A DNA stretch of 64,000 nt from Podarcis melisellensis. Taxonomy: Eukaryota. The position numbers were made by a program, and so were the translations under genes. Each line of letters starts with the position of its first letter. The first letter of the stretch is position 1. This document shows positions 1 to 13,200 of the stretch, piece by piece. The stretch is from the NCBI GenBank assembly GCA_964234715.1, contig OZ174289.1, one strand, 5' to 3'. A model generated the notes under the pieces. It was not told the origin of the DNA, ran no database searches, and saw only the letters and a program-made list of their open reading frames with translations.

Positions 1-217
1 AGCAACCGCTGGAAAGCAGGTGAGGAGAGGATGCTGCTGCCAAGGACCAGCCCCACGGGACACATTGGCTCCGAGATGCAGAGCCAGGGAAAATAGGGAC
101 ATTCCAGGATCAAATCAGAAGCTGGGATAGCTTTCGTAATTCTCAGCCTGTCTCTGGAAAATAGGGACAGAGGTGGGAAAATAAACGGACTTATTCTGCT
201 AACTTTCCAATGACCAG

Positions 218-406
218 CCCTGTGGAACGCCCTCCCACCAGATGTCAAAGAGAACAACAACTACCAGACTTTTAGAAGACATCTGAAGGCAGCCCTGTTT
301 AGGGAAGCTTTTAATGTTTAATAGGTTATTGTATTTTAGTGTTTTGTTGGAAGCTGCCCAGAGCGGCTGGGGCAGCCCAGCCAGATGGGTGGGGTATAAA
401 TAATAA

Positions 407-447
<41 letters not shown>
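218..447 (+). mobile_element. L2-clade LINE 3' end with (TTA)n tail
   Basis: ctgtggaacgccctccca...cagccctgtttagggaag matches the 3' ends of the copies at 27.8 kb and 54.8 kb. Confidence 0.75.
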
Positions 448-1302
448 GACACTAACTTCCCACTATGTTCTCCTCCCTTGCTCTTCCTAAAAACACCAAG
501 TCAAACACTCCTCACCGCCCCCTAGCCCCCCTCCCAAGAGTAGTAAAAACAAGAAAGTCCTTTCGAATAGGGACATTCTGTGACACCAATATCCTGTCGC
601 AATTAGAGGCTCAGATGGATTACAGCCTCAATGAAGCATGTTTTCCTGCATTGCTCCATGAAGCAGCACACACACACACACCATCTCCTCTGCAATACTT
701 TCCAAAATGTTTTCTATTTTGGTTTGAGGCTGCTGTCCGCATTAGCTGCCTCCTGTTACAGTAGTTGATGGCCCAGGTTTCATTTCACTATCTTGTTTGA
801 CTCCCTTCTGCCCCCTTCTGTCCTGAGGCACTGGATCGTCTGCGGCAATGTGCCACTGTTATCTCTTCCAGTGACACATCCAAACATGGGCACAACCTGA
901 AAAAAGCAGGTTATAAACTGGCAGCAGCTGTTTTCAATAGAGAAGAAACTTTGTCAACATGTGGTAATCTTCTGCTTTCTGAAATGATGGGGAACCTGTC
1001 GCCCTCTGGGAGTTTTTGGACTCCGAATCACATCAACCCAAGCCAGCATGTCCACTGCAACTTGGGAGTCCCTCAGATTTGCCATCTCTGTTGTCCCCTC
1101 CAGATTTTGCAGGGCCACAGCACCCAACAACCCTAGTCAGCTTGTTCAGTCGCCAGGAATTATGGGATTTGTGGCTTAAGAGAAATCGGAGGTGGCCACA
1201 TTGTCTACCCCTGGTTTAATCTTAATGTGGTTTTTGCCCTGTTGTTATTTTAACTTTTATTTTTGCTGTTTATATTTTGTTGTTTTCCTTTCCTTTGCCT
1301 TT

Positions 1303-1475
1303 TTCATCTTGTACTTTCCTACTTCTTTGTAATTATTATTCATCTTGTACTTTCCTACTTCTTTGTAATTATTATTCATCTTGTACTTTCCTACTTCTTT
1401 GTAATTATTATTCATCTTGTACTTTCCTACTTCTTTGTAATTATTATTCATCTTGTACTTTCCTACTTCTTTGTA

Positions 1476-1514
<39 letters not shown>
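1303..1514. repeat. Five perfect copies of a 36-bp unit followed by (TTA)n
   Basis: ttcatcttgtactttcctacttctttgtaattatta x5. Confidence 0.95.
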
Positions 1515-2703
1515 GACTATAGACTTAAGCTACTGTTCTATATACACACTTAACTGAGAGTAAACCCCCCCCCCCAACTACAATGGGGCTTAGTTCTGAG
1601 TAGATGCATACATGACTGAGCAGCTAGGCTTGTCCCACAAATTGTAATGGTTTGACTTGGTGGTTCCAAATTTTGTTTCAGTTTTGTTTGACATTTGCCT
1701 TCCCCACTCTTAATTTAGATTTCTGTTGTATTATTAAATAAGTATTCTTGGCGTTTTTTTGCCCCTTAGCCACATATTCATGTTCTCAGGTAAGCGTGCA
1801 TGGGGTTTCAGTCTTCAGGAAATCCTTTACTCTTCCTACAGAATTAAAAGGAGAAAACTGCTTAAATTTGGAATAAATAGATTTTACTTTAAGCAGGGTA
1901 GGATGGCAATCTCAGTCCTAATGCAAAAATTAACCCAGTTATGGTTGCAATCCCAATCCCACATATTTCAGTGCAATGAATGAAACCCCAATGAATCCAA
2001 TAGAACTTACTTCTGAGTAGACATAGTTAGGGTTGTATGATATCACCACTTTGCCCCACTCAGTGTCCCTTGATCACAAAAAACAAGGATTTTTAAAACT
2101 GCTGGCTGAACTCCAAAAAGAATAACATTTCAGTAAACATGTGGGCTGGCTTTCGTTTTGGCATCAAAATAGATGTGCCTATCACTAAATGAGGCATAGC
2201 ATTACATGCCGAATTCTTTTGAGCTGTAGATGAATGGTAGATCTGGTTGAGAATGGAAAGTCGTAATTATCAGAATGCCTCTGATCACATGCCAAGTGCA
2301 TTTTTCCTCCATTACAGAGTAACAGCAGCTAACCTCCATACTTCTGGGATTTGAAAGTAGAATACCTAGGTGGGCTTGAGTTTGCAAATGTTGCTCTTTT
2401 TAGAAATTAATCATCAAGAACAAAAAAAGGACATTGGCTATGCCTTGGTAATTAATTCACATTTAGTACACTTGCATGTTTGAAATCCAAAGCTAAGCTT
2501 TTTTAAAAAAAGGTTAATGTACGTTAATTTTAAAGATGCCAAAGAATAATTTATGAACGGAAAAAGATAAGTACTGCAACCAATTACCCCCACTTGCAGA
2601 TTCATTTTATTTTAAAGATTCAGATTTATTTTTTAAAATAATTGTGTTTTTCCTCAAAATGACCCCATAAATCCAGATCTTCTCTTTTCACTGGCCCACA
2701 AAG

Positions 2704-2793
2704 CATAGCTGTCAACTTTTCTCTTTTCTTGCGAGGAATCCTATTCGGAATAAGGGAATTTCCCTTAAAAAAAAAGAAATGTTGACAGCTATG
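2704..2793. mobile_element. 90-bp hAT-type MITE
   Basis: Perfect 13-bp TIR catagctgtcaac/gttgacagctatg; perfect 8-bp TSD ccacaaag. Confidence 0.9.
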
Positions 2794-3299
2794 CCACAAA
2801 GTTCCAAAAGAATAATTACTGTAAAATCAAGTAATAGAGAAGTACTTCATTGGTCATCTTGGCTAGACCAACTAGGAAATCTTACACCACTGAGGCATTC
2901 CTGATAATGATTTATTACTACTAGTACTTCCAATTTTATTATCACCACCACCAAGAAAAATAAGTTTTGGGTGATTGTTGTTTCACAATATCTAGGATAG
3001 CAATATTTAATTGGTTCAACTGATAGACAAATCAACCAACAATTTAGTAAATTAATCAAGGAGGAAATTTTTAATCATTAGGGCCAAGAGCTGAGAACAC
3101 ACTTGTGTTTTTCTAAGGTTATTTTGACCACGTTACTCTAACAGTAAACTACTAATATGAAAAGTGGCATTTCCTTGTTGCAAGGATTAGTAATTTTTAT
3201 ACATTCAGTTGTAAGTCTCTTTCACTTCCTCCAGTCCAAGGGCCATTCAGGACCCACGCTGCAATTTGTTTTGATGGTTTTTAATAACTAATTTTTAGT

Positions 3300-4260
3300 T
3301 TGCTGAAACTCGCCCTGGAACCTGGAGAGACTGCACATGCGCCTCGGGCAAAGGTTTTTAAGTCGCATGGAACCTGGAGAGACATCCGAGTCGATTTGTA
3401 TAGGATCAGGCTGCCAAGCGCGGCAAAAGTTCTTGAATCGGTTAAAAACACACACACATACCACATGATTTATCGAGCTCTCCTATTGATTTCTGCATGT
3501 TTGCGCCTTTCTTTCTTTTTTTTAAAAAAGGAAAGGAGCCACCCAGCTTGGAATCTTGCGCATCGAATAACGCATGGAAAATATACGGGACGACAGGTAG
3601 CAAACCCGCCTGCAACCCAACCGTGGCGAAACAGGAAGGTTCTCCTCTCCCCCTGCCCACATTTTATAGCAGGCTGGTCTGGTTGGTTTGTCTCTCCAGT
3701 TTGCGCAAGCGCCACAGACCGGCTCTGGTGGTTGGAGGGAGCCGCTGCTGTTGCCCGGAGCATGAACCTCGAGCAGCGCAGGAGGATGTGCCGCGGCCGG
3801 TAGCTCCCGCCGGACACCTTGCATTGAGGGCCCGCCACTATGCGCCAGGCCTTGACTCAGCCGCGCCCCAGCGCGATCCCCCTCTCCGATTCTGTGGGTG
3901 AGGCGCCTCTTCGCCGAGGGGAAAGGAAAGGAGGGTGTGGATTTGGGGAAGGGGCGCCCATAGCAAGTGGGGCAGGAGCGCGCGCGGGAACGGGGTGTAA
4001 CTGAGTGTCGCCTTTTGCGCAACACTCTTTGGGTCCTTTTTTTTTTCTTTTTTGCAAAAACCAGAGTCGGGGGTGGGTGGGTATTGGGTCGTTTGGGGAA
4101 GTCCTGATCGCCTGGACATGCAGCACGCGCCCCAGGCCCGCTCCTCTCTCTCAACCTGCAGCCGTGTCGCTTGCATTGCAGCTCAAGGCCAGAAATAATT
4201 TTTTTTTTAAAGCTTGCAACGGGAGTGGAGGAGGCCCCGGGTGAAAGGCGAGCCTTGCTG
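3300..4260 (+). promoter_or_regulatory. CpG island / promoter of TMEM255A
   Basis: High GC and CpG density around exon 1 compared with CpG-poor flanks. Confidence 0.8.
3840..3897 (+). CDS. TMEM255A: TMEM255A coding exon 1 ([20 protein letters not shown], phase 1)
   Basis: gccactATG Kozak context inside a CpG island; donor G|GTGAGG; resembles the human N-terminus MHQSLTQQRSSDMSLPDSMG. Confidence 0.88.
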
Positions 4261-7200
4261 TTTTCCACATGCCTGAGCAGAGAAGCTTGGGACCGTTTCT
4301 ATTTAAAATCGCCACTGCTTGTTTGTTTTTAATAAGGGAGGGGGGTTGTATGGAGGAGGCTTAGGTTATTGCTGTTTGGAGACCCTTGGTTTGTATCACT
4401 TGGCTTCCTTTGGTCTGGAGGCCACGGGGCTGTTTCCCCCCACTGATTGAGTGGCCTTGTGTTATTAGAGGATTTAATTTGCCCTATTGGTGAGTAGGCT
4501 GAATGTGTGGTCACCGGGCTGCTGCTCCATTCATTTATTGGAGCAAGGCCTGCAACTCAGTGGGAGAGCATCCCCACTGGGAAGGTCCCAGGGAACCCCA
4601 AGGCAGTGCTGCAAAACACTCCTACCTGGAGGGTTGCTGCCAGCCAGCGTAGACCAGCCTTCCTCAGCCCCTGTTAGGTGGGCTTCATGTAAAACAAGGT
4701 GGAGGAGAGCCTTAACTCAGTACAACTTGTGCTTTCCACGCAAAAGAGCCTCAATTCAGCCTTGGCATTTGCTTGTAGGTCTGGGAAATACTCCTGCCTG
4801 GATAACTGCTGCAGTCAGTGTAGACCAGCCTTTCCCAACCTTTACTGGTTGAGGCTGGTGGGAGCTTTGGTCTAAGGGTCTAGAGGGGAGCAGGTTGGGA
4901 AAGGCAGGAGTGACCTACATGGAGCAGTGGTTTGAATCTCTCATACGTACCTTCCTATGTCCTTGTTATTTATTTCAAACGCCCATCATCCCTGACCGTT
5001 GGTCCTGCTGGCTGGTGCTAAGAGGAGTTGGAGCCCAGGAACATCTTGAGGGCCACCATTTCCCCATCCCGGTTGCATAGGATTGTGCTAAGAGAATTTC
5101 TGCAATATTGATATAACAAGATGCAGAAATAATACGATATATCACAAGCTTTTGAATATAGAAGCCTCATTGCTGGGCAGAACTTGACAATTCCTTAAAG
5201 TTAGGGAGGCAGATTTCCTGGGGACAGATTGAGTGGGCCAACTGCCAGTAATGCACCTTGGGATCTTAGATTTTAGTGGTGCCCTGTGCGATGCCAAATT
5301 CAGCACCAAATTCATGCCAAACTTATTGCACCCTTAACTGTATTCTAAATCATAGCTGTGGCACCCCCAAGGCTCTGCACCCAGTATGACCAAACCAGTC
5401 ACGCTCCCCCAAATCCTTTGCAACTGCCCTGCTTCTCCCCCCCCCCCACCGCCTGTTCATTTGCCCTCTCCCTCTGGACCCAGTCTGTATCTCTGGGCAT
5501 AAAGAAATAGCAAGGCAAGCAAAACCTTATGTTAGAAACATAGGGAGTTGTCTTATACTGAGTCAGACCATTGGGTCCACTTAGCTCAGTATGTCTACGC
5601 TGGCAGCAGCTCCCCACCGTTTCAGAGAGGGCTTCTCCCAGTCCTACCTGCAGATGCCAGGGCTTGAACATGGGACATTCTGTATGCAAAGCAGATACTC
5701 TGCCACTGAGTGATGGACCTGTCCTTGCTTTTGGAAATGCTTGTGCACTTAGAGAACAGCAGAAGAACAGGGAGCTGCTGCAGCAACAGCAAGGAGTTGG
5801 CTCAGGGTCGGGGAAGAGATTCAAGGGTCAGCAGCTGCCCCTCTGATGTGTGGTCTTAAGGCAGATGCCCTACCATGCCAACTTCTGATGCCAGTTGTGG
5901 GAACAGGACAGACATATTGCAGAAGAGAAGGGTTTTTTAAAGAAAGAAAGAAAATGAAGGAAAAGAAAGAAGTCATATTGGATATTAACAAATCGAATCC
6001 GCTGTTCAGAGTTAACTTGCTGCTAATCTGGTTGTGTTCTTCCTCCTCTCTTAACAAATTAACTGAATGAGGTTTTTTCTTGCCATGGGTTTTCTTATTT
6101 GCCACACCCTGTTCGTTAAACCACAGAGCCTAGGGCTTACCAATCAGAAGGTCGGTGGTTCGAATCCCTACGATGGGGTGAGCTCCTGTTGCTCGGTCCC
6201 TGCTCCTGCCAACCTAGCAGTTCGAAAGCACGTCAGAGTGCAAGTAGATAAATAGGTACCGCTCCGGCAGGAAGGTAAATGGTGTTTCCGTGCGCTGCTC
6301 TGGTTCGCCAGATGCGGCTTAGTCATGCTGGCCACATGACCCGGAAGCTGAACACCGGCTCCCTCGGCCAATAAAGTGAGATGAGCACCACAACCCTAGA
6401 GTCGGCCACGACTGGACCTAATGGTCAGAGGTCTCTTTACCCTTTACCTATTGGAGAAGGTGAGGCACTACTTGCTGCTTACAAATGTGAATTCATATCC
6501 CTTTTCTCAAAGATCAGCAAGAGCATTCCCCACATTTAATGTACTTAGCCTTGATAGCACAACTGGTGTAGTCACATCAGAAAGGAGTAAATCTTCAGAC
6601 TTAGAGATGCCACAGGAGAGGGGGCGTGAAATGTGAAATGCAAAGTCTTTTCACATGAGCTTGGAAGCCTGTGCCAGCGCATGTGTGTGTCGCTCAACTG
6701 AATGCTGGGCAGGACCCCTTGAAGCAGGTTCAAGATGTGGAACTGGTTAGGACCCTGAGTCCATTCTTTGAGGGAGGGTATGCCTCATTATTTGGTGCTT
6801 TGCAATGTGATTTAGGTTTCTTAACTGGGAGCATAAGAATATAAGGAGAGACAGCTGGATCAGGCCAATAGCCCACCTCCTGTTCTCACAGTGGCCAACC
6901 AGATGTCTATGAGGAGCCAAATTGCAGGACCCGAGAACAAGAGCACTCTCCCCTCTTTCAGTTTTCAGGGCTGAAGAAGCATTTCTTCATTTGACCATGA
7001 AGGCAGAACATAGCCCTCATGGCTAGTAGCCATGGATAGTCTTAGCCTCCAATAATTTTTCTAATCCTCTTCTGTGAGGATTATGCCAGTGAGATGGGCC
7101 TTTATGAACTACAGGACCTCTGTGGTGTGTATTTGGCCAGCCAGCCATTAATACACTCAGGAGGTCACTGGTTTGAGTCCCTCAATGGGCAAAGCATTGC

Positions 7201-10200
7201 TTCTCTCTGCCGCCTTGGAGGGAAAGTGATATATCTCAGTGGCAGAGCATTTGTTTTGCACACAGAAGAGCCCCAGGTTCAATCCTCAGCACCTCCAAGT
7301 AGGGCTGAGAACATATAAGGCAGCTTCCTATTCTCTTATGTAGAGGGTAGTGCTAGATCTAATGTTGTGGTAGGGTACATTTTAGTTGAGTGTTGGGTGA
7401 AACTTTTTGACAGAGCAACTACGAAATGATCTATCTAGAGCAGGGATGGCGAACATCAGACCGATGACTGGCCCTCTGGTTTCTCCCAGGCCACACGCCC
7501 CTTGCTTGCCCTCCTGGAATACTTTTGCCTGGCTGGAATGTGTCCTGGAACTCGAACCGTGTTTCTTGTTTGCCCAGGTGAAGGCTAGAGTGTAGATTCA
7601 GGGCACTTGGTCTGTCCAGTTTTGCCTCTGGCTCTGCCCTCCTCTGGACTGCCCTCCTCACATAGTTAGGGAATATGTCCCTCAGGATGAGAAAGTTTCC
7701 CCACCTCTGATCTAGGGGGCTGGTGGGCTGTGCTTCACAAGAGATTTTTCAAGAACGGGCAGCCACCCATTGGGAGTCTGTTCTGGATTTCCTGCACCGA
7801 GTTGGGAAGTCAGGATTTTAGGAAGGTGACGCAAACCTGCACAATTTGTGACTCGCCAACCTGAATACAGCCTACTGGCCACATGTAGTCACCCGCTAAG
7901 TTCTTGACAATTCCCCTTATTTTTGCCTTTCTTGGCATGCTTGTTTCTCAAGCCTTTGGTGGGGGGATGGGTTGATTTGGGCCATTATTTAAATCACTAA
8001 GGGAAAATGCAGGTTTAAATGAAGTTTCAAAATGTCTACTTCAAAGTTATGTGAAGATGATTATGACTGAATACAGCCTTTCTTTTGCCAAAGATCATAA
8101 TCCCACACCTCTTGTGATAGAGCCCACAAGGCTTTTGCACTTCAAAAGAAAAAAAATTAGGCAGGGGAACAGCAATAAAATTAAGGAGCTCTATTTTGGT
8201 TCGTTGTACATATGCAAGGACACTAGGAAAGATCGTTTCCTGGAAAACCAATGGCAAAGTCCTACTTAATGTTATTTGTATGCTACCTTTCCACAATTCA
8301 AACCATGTTCAAGGTAGCCTACAGCATTAAAGCAATATGTAACTACAACATAATAAAAGCAGTCATAAACAATGAATAAAACATTTAAAATACTGCAGTG
8401 TCTTATACGTAGGGCTGCCTCTGAAAATTGAGCTGGTGCAGAATTCTGCAGCCAGGTTGCTCACTGGCACAGGTCGGTTTGAGCATATTCTACCAATTCT
8501 GGCCCAACAGCAGTGTTTCTGGGTCCAATTCACAGCACTGTTTTTTAACTACAAAGCCTTAAACGGCTCAGGACCGCAGTACTTCAAGGACGCCCTTTCC
8601 CCATATGAACCAGTTCGATTCCTGCAATCATTCGCCGAGGCCCTTCTTTGTGTGCCTCCTCCATGAGAGGTCCAGAGTGTGCCAACACAAGAACTTTTCT
8701 GCAGTAGTTTGTGGAATGCTCTCCCCAGGGAAGTTCGCCTGGCACCTTCATTATACACCTTTAGGTGCCAGGCAAAAACGTTCCTAAACAAGCCTTTGGG
8801 CTGATTAATATCTTATGCCCCCTTTTAAGGGGTTTGTGGACAGCATGGGGGAGGGAGGTTTCAGTTTTTTTAATTATGTGTTTTGTGTTTTTATCTTGTA
8901 TTTTTATGCTGTGAGTTGCCTTGAGTTCTACAAATGAAGGGCAGTATGCAAAGTTAATAAAAAATAAATAAATGAAGATACACAAACAAGCAGAACAATT
9001 TCCACATAAATCTCAACAAGATATAAAAACTACGAGCAACAATCCTCCAGCAAACTACACCCCAACACAAGAGTCTGTTCAGCAGCCTCAGCTTTTGTAA
9101 CTGGAGTCAGTCAGGGCCCTGCCCTCCCAGGCCAGGTAGAAAAAGCCTGTAAGGCAGGGAGCAGGTCTTCCAGGACTCACAGCCAATATGTTCTCTCTGA
9201 AGGAAGTCCCACGTTTATTTATATTTGCGGCATTTAATGCCGTAACCCCTAATCCTGGGACCTTGCAGTGTTCAATGGAGGTCTCTCTCAAGTTAAATTA
9301 TCAGCAACCCTTCTTGGGGCACTCCCAGCTGGAGGATACGCAGCCCCTTTGCAGACTCACAGGATGAGTCCCTTGCTCCACTTCCCCAGCTTTGCAGAAG
9401 TCAAAGAAAGGAAAATAGCATGATAACATTTAAAGAACCTAGGCAGCTGCTCTAGAGAGGTAGAGTAAGCCACATTAGCAACCTGCATAACCCTTCCTTT
9501 GAGAATAGCTTCCCGCCGGGCGCGACGACTCTTCAAGCTGCTTTTGAAGAAGGAATCATTACCTAACACTTGGAGCTAACCAAGGTCCTGTTTTTCTTCG
9601 CTATCTATGCAAAGAGTGCTTGCTTGTGGCTAGACTTTAGCTGCTTGATGTGATCTTGTCTGTTGTGATTTGACCTGCTTAACCGGACTGGGCTTTACCT
9701 GCCCTGACTTGACTTCCCTAGATGCTCCCCTGTAAACACCAAACACTCCCAGAACAGAATTCTTAAGCCCAGAATTTTCTAGAGGCAAGAGTTGGTGATT
9801 ACTGGACAACACCTACTCTCTGCAGAAAATGGGATGTAAATGGCCCCGTTCTTTTGCTGACGGATTAAATATTCATAGTCTGCAAACAATCAATGCAATA
9901 TACATGACTTATGACATATTTAGAGTCGTTTGACTTCAAACGCCCAGCAATGTGGGATGGAACATTTTCTGCTGCTGTATTTTTCCAAAGAGAGTTCTCA
10001 GAATCAAGTGCTTCATAAAATTAATAAGTAACATAATGGCTGTGGGCAGACAATCAGATCTCTGCTTAATAAGCCGAGACAGGAATGAGCCTCTTAGTTA
10101 ACGGCTTGCAAACAATGGTGTTTGATCTGGAAACTGCCATTACTGCAGAATGCAGCAGCTGGGTTACTGAGACCTTGTCAGCACATAACACCTCTGCTTA

Positions 10201-13200
10201 AAGACCTGTGCTAGTTGCTGCACATTTGTTACCAGGCCAAATTCAAAGTATTAATATTATTATATAAAGCCCTTAACAGCTTGGGGCCTGTTTACTGCAG
10301 AAATCACCTTACCCTGTATGTGCCTACTCAATTGCATCAATCTGTGGAACTGGCTCTGTTTACAGGTGCCACATAATATTAATTCCACCCTTGTAAAAAA
10401 CAAAAAAAAGTCTTTTAGTGGAGCAGTGTCTACACTTTGGAACTCCCTGCTTAAGGACATTAGGCTAGTACCTTTGCTGCACTCTTCTTGGTGCCTGCTA
10501 AAAACATTTTTCTGTGGTCAAGCCTGTCCAGACATGTAAAAGGAAATGTGCTTTAACCTGTTTTTAGCTTATTGTTGGTTTTAATTATATTTGGGATTTT
10601 TCAGTTCCTGTTTTTTTTTTTAAACTGTCTTCTGTTGATAATTTTAATGCTTGTTTTATTTTATTTTTTGTAAACTGCTTAGAGGCTCTGTTTACAACCA
10701 AGTACCCTACAAATTCTATTAAATAAATAACAATAAAACAAGCAAGCCAAGGGATGGGTGCTGACGTTATACCATGGTTTCATATTCCCACTCATTTGGA
10801 AGACCATGGACATAATGGTTCCTTGCTTGCACAAAGGGAAGAGCAGAGCACCTGTGTCTAGACACATGGAGCATGTTCATATCCTGGCTGAGATTTGATC
10901 ATCTGAATGCTGCCAGTGAAAAATGCAGGTCAGGTCAAATTGGGCAACTAGAGTAGATACACTACATCTTGACAGATCTAATATCAGAATGGTTATTAAC
11001 TTTTTAAGGTGACTTTCTCTAGAAAGCACACAAACTCTTTGGAATTCCCCATCCTGTTGCTCGTAGGACAGGTGCCATCTCTATTGTCTTTTTGGCAGCT
11101 TTTAAAGACCTTCCTTTTCCAACAAGACTTTTAACTGAACACTTTTTATCCCAGTTGGCTCTGTGTTGGTTTTGATATTGTTTTTATATGTGTAATTGTT
11201 CTCTCCCCCCCCCCCACTGTTGGTGTTCTCATTGTTAAATCGCTTTATGGTATTTTGTAGGAAGCAATTAATACATGGAATGGAATGGAATAAATAATAT
11301 TCATGCACACAGCTCTTCAGGCATTCTAAAAATCAGTATACCACTTCTCAGCACCTCGTGATGAACAGGAAGTGTAAGGTTTTGGGTTGTCCTGTCTTAA
11401 AATGATTATAAATATCAGAATAAAAATAATTTCCAAGTTAAGCCTCAAATTGGTTTGGATGTAACATTTAAACCACACTGTGGTGGTGCTTTATTGATTC
11501 TTTTGCCTAATCAAATATTTCTGTTCAGCTAAGTTATGATTATTTCAATAACTTGAAAAATATATATACTGTATACAGCATGTAAGATTAACATGGCATC
11601 CTTAAAAAAAAATGCTAAACTAAATTGCCTTGAGTTTAGGGCAGTGGGATTCTTCCATTTCAAAATGTTCTGCATGAACACCACTGCAAAAGTCAGCTTT
11701 TATTCTAGTTTTTGCCCGGTTCATTCAACAGACTTTTAACTTGGTTTATTTCACAGAGGGCCACAGATTCAGTTTTAGGAGACCTTAAGTGCAGACATTA
11801 ACTTTTGTTGTTGTTAAATTCAGATTTTGTTTTTTAAACCAGGGTATTTTAAAAAGATGCCTAACAGAATTTTCTTTTTTGAAATTGGGTTTGTTTATTT
11901 ATTTATTTAAAAATAATGATTAACCTGCCCTGTCTGATAGATTAATTAGTTTGGCGGGTTATAAACTAGGCTGGCTTGCTGAAAACTGAGCACGTACCAT
12001 TGCTCCTGGTATTTTGCAAAGTGTCCTTGAGAAGCTATTGATGTCAGGAAGGTGATTCGAGATTTGTTTGTTTTTGTGCTGGAATCGGATTAGGGCCATA
12101 ACTTGCGTCCTTAGTTCAACTCTTGGAACTGCCTTGGTGAGGATTTGCAAGTGTGCCAGCCTTTTATATATTTCTATAGGGTTGAATCTTTTCTGAGTCA
12201 CAATGCAAGCAGAACTTCTGCTTGCACTACAGATCTTTACCAACTTTGCATGGTTCCCAAATCTTTTCTAGAGGGTTGGGATAACCCAGGGCAAATCGGG
12301 GGATGGGGTGATGTGGGTGGAAGAGGAAGAAGGGGCACACTGTTCCCTGAGCAAAAGTAATTCTGTTTGTGCAATGACTTAGGCTACAATCACAACAACA
12401 TCTATGTTATGTACTAAGCTTAGATCCTAGAAGAATAGGCAGGTAGGATCCTAGAATGCAACAACCTGATTGGCTTGCAGGAGCAGCCCAATCAGACCCC
12501 AGGAGGACGTTTATCAGCCTATTAGGCCGGTAGGATACTAGGATGCAACCATTGATTGGCCTGCAGCAGCCGCCCAATCAGGCTCCAGGAGGGAAACATA
12601 ATCAACCAATCAGACAGTTCTCATTGTGTAAATAATGTATATAAAGCCTGAGGCGGGGCGGGTGGGGGATTCAATCACTGTTCCTATGAGCTAAAATAAA
12701 GAGCATGAAATTACTACTGGACTCTGAATATATTTCAATTTAAAACTCTGTAGTACCACTTTTAGCCAGTAATAGCTTCCCACAAAGAATCCTGGGTACT
12801 GTAGTTTGCTAAAGGTGCTGGAAGTTGTTAGGAGGCCCCTAATACCCTACTGGCACTATAATTTCCCAGAGTGCTTTTAACAATCAATCCCTCTTCACAG
12901 GGAACTCTGGGAATTGGGACTGGTAGAAATAGCTTTCAGCATGCTTATCAAACCACAGCTCCCAAAATTCTTTGGGGGAAAGTCATGACTGTTTAAAGTG
13001 GAATCATAGTGTTTTAAACATATTATGCGAATGGGGGATTCTCTCTTCTGGGAATTAAGAGCTTCCTGCTTCTCCTGTTGTAATACCCTGGGAACAATAT
13101 GTCCAATAAAACATTGCCCTCATGGACAACATTCTGGGGCCACATGCCAGTACTGGGCAGGGCCAGAGGCAAAAAGGTGGGAGGGGGCAACATATGTGGC

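Noticed and set aside
1257-1553. Repetitive ORFs (MNNNYKEVGKYK)n and (IIIHLVLSYFFV)n
   Set aside because: Translations of a 36-bp minisatellite; no gene context.
3300-4268. Several overlapping 120-250 aa ORFs at the TMEM255A promoter
   Set aside because: CpG-island artefacts; only 3840-3897 fits the spliced gene.
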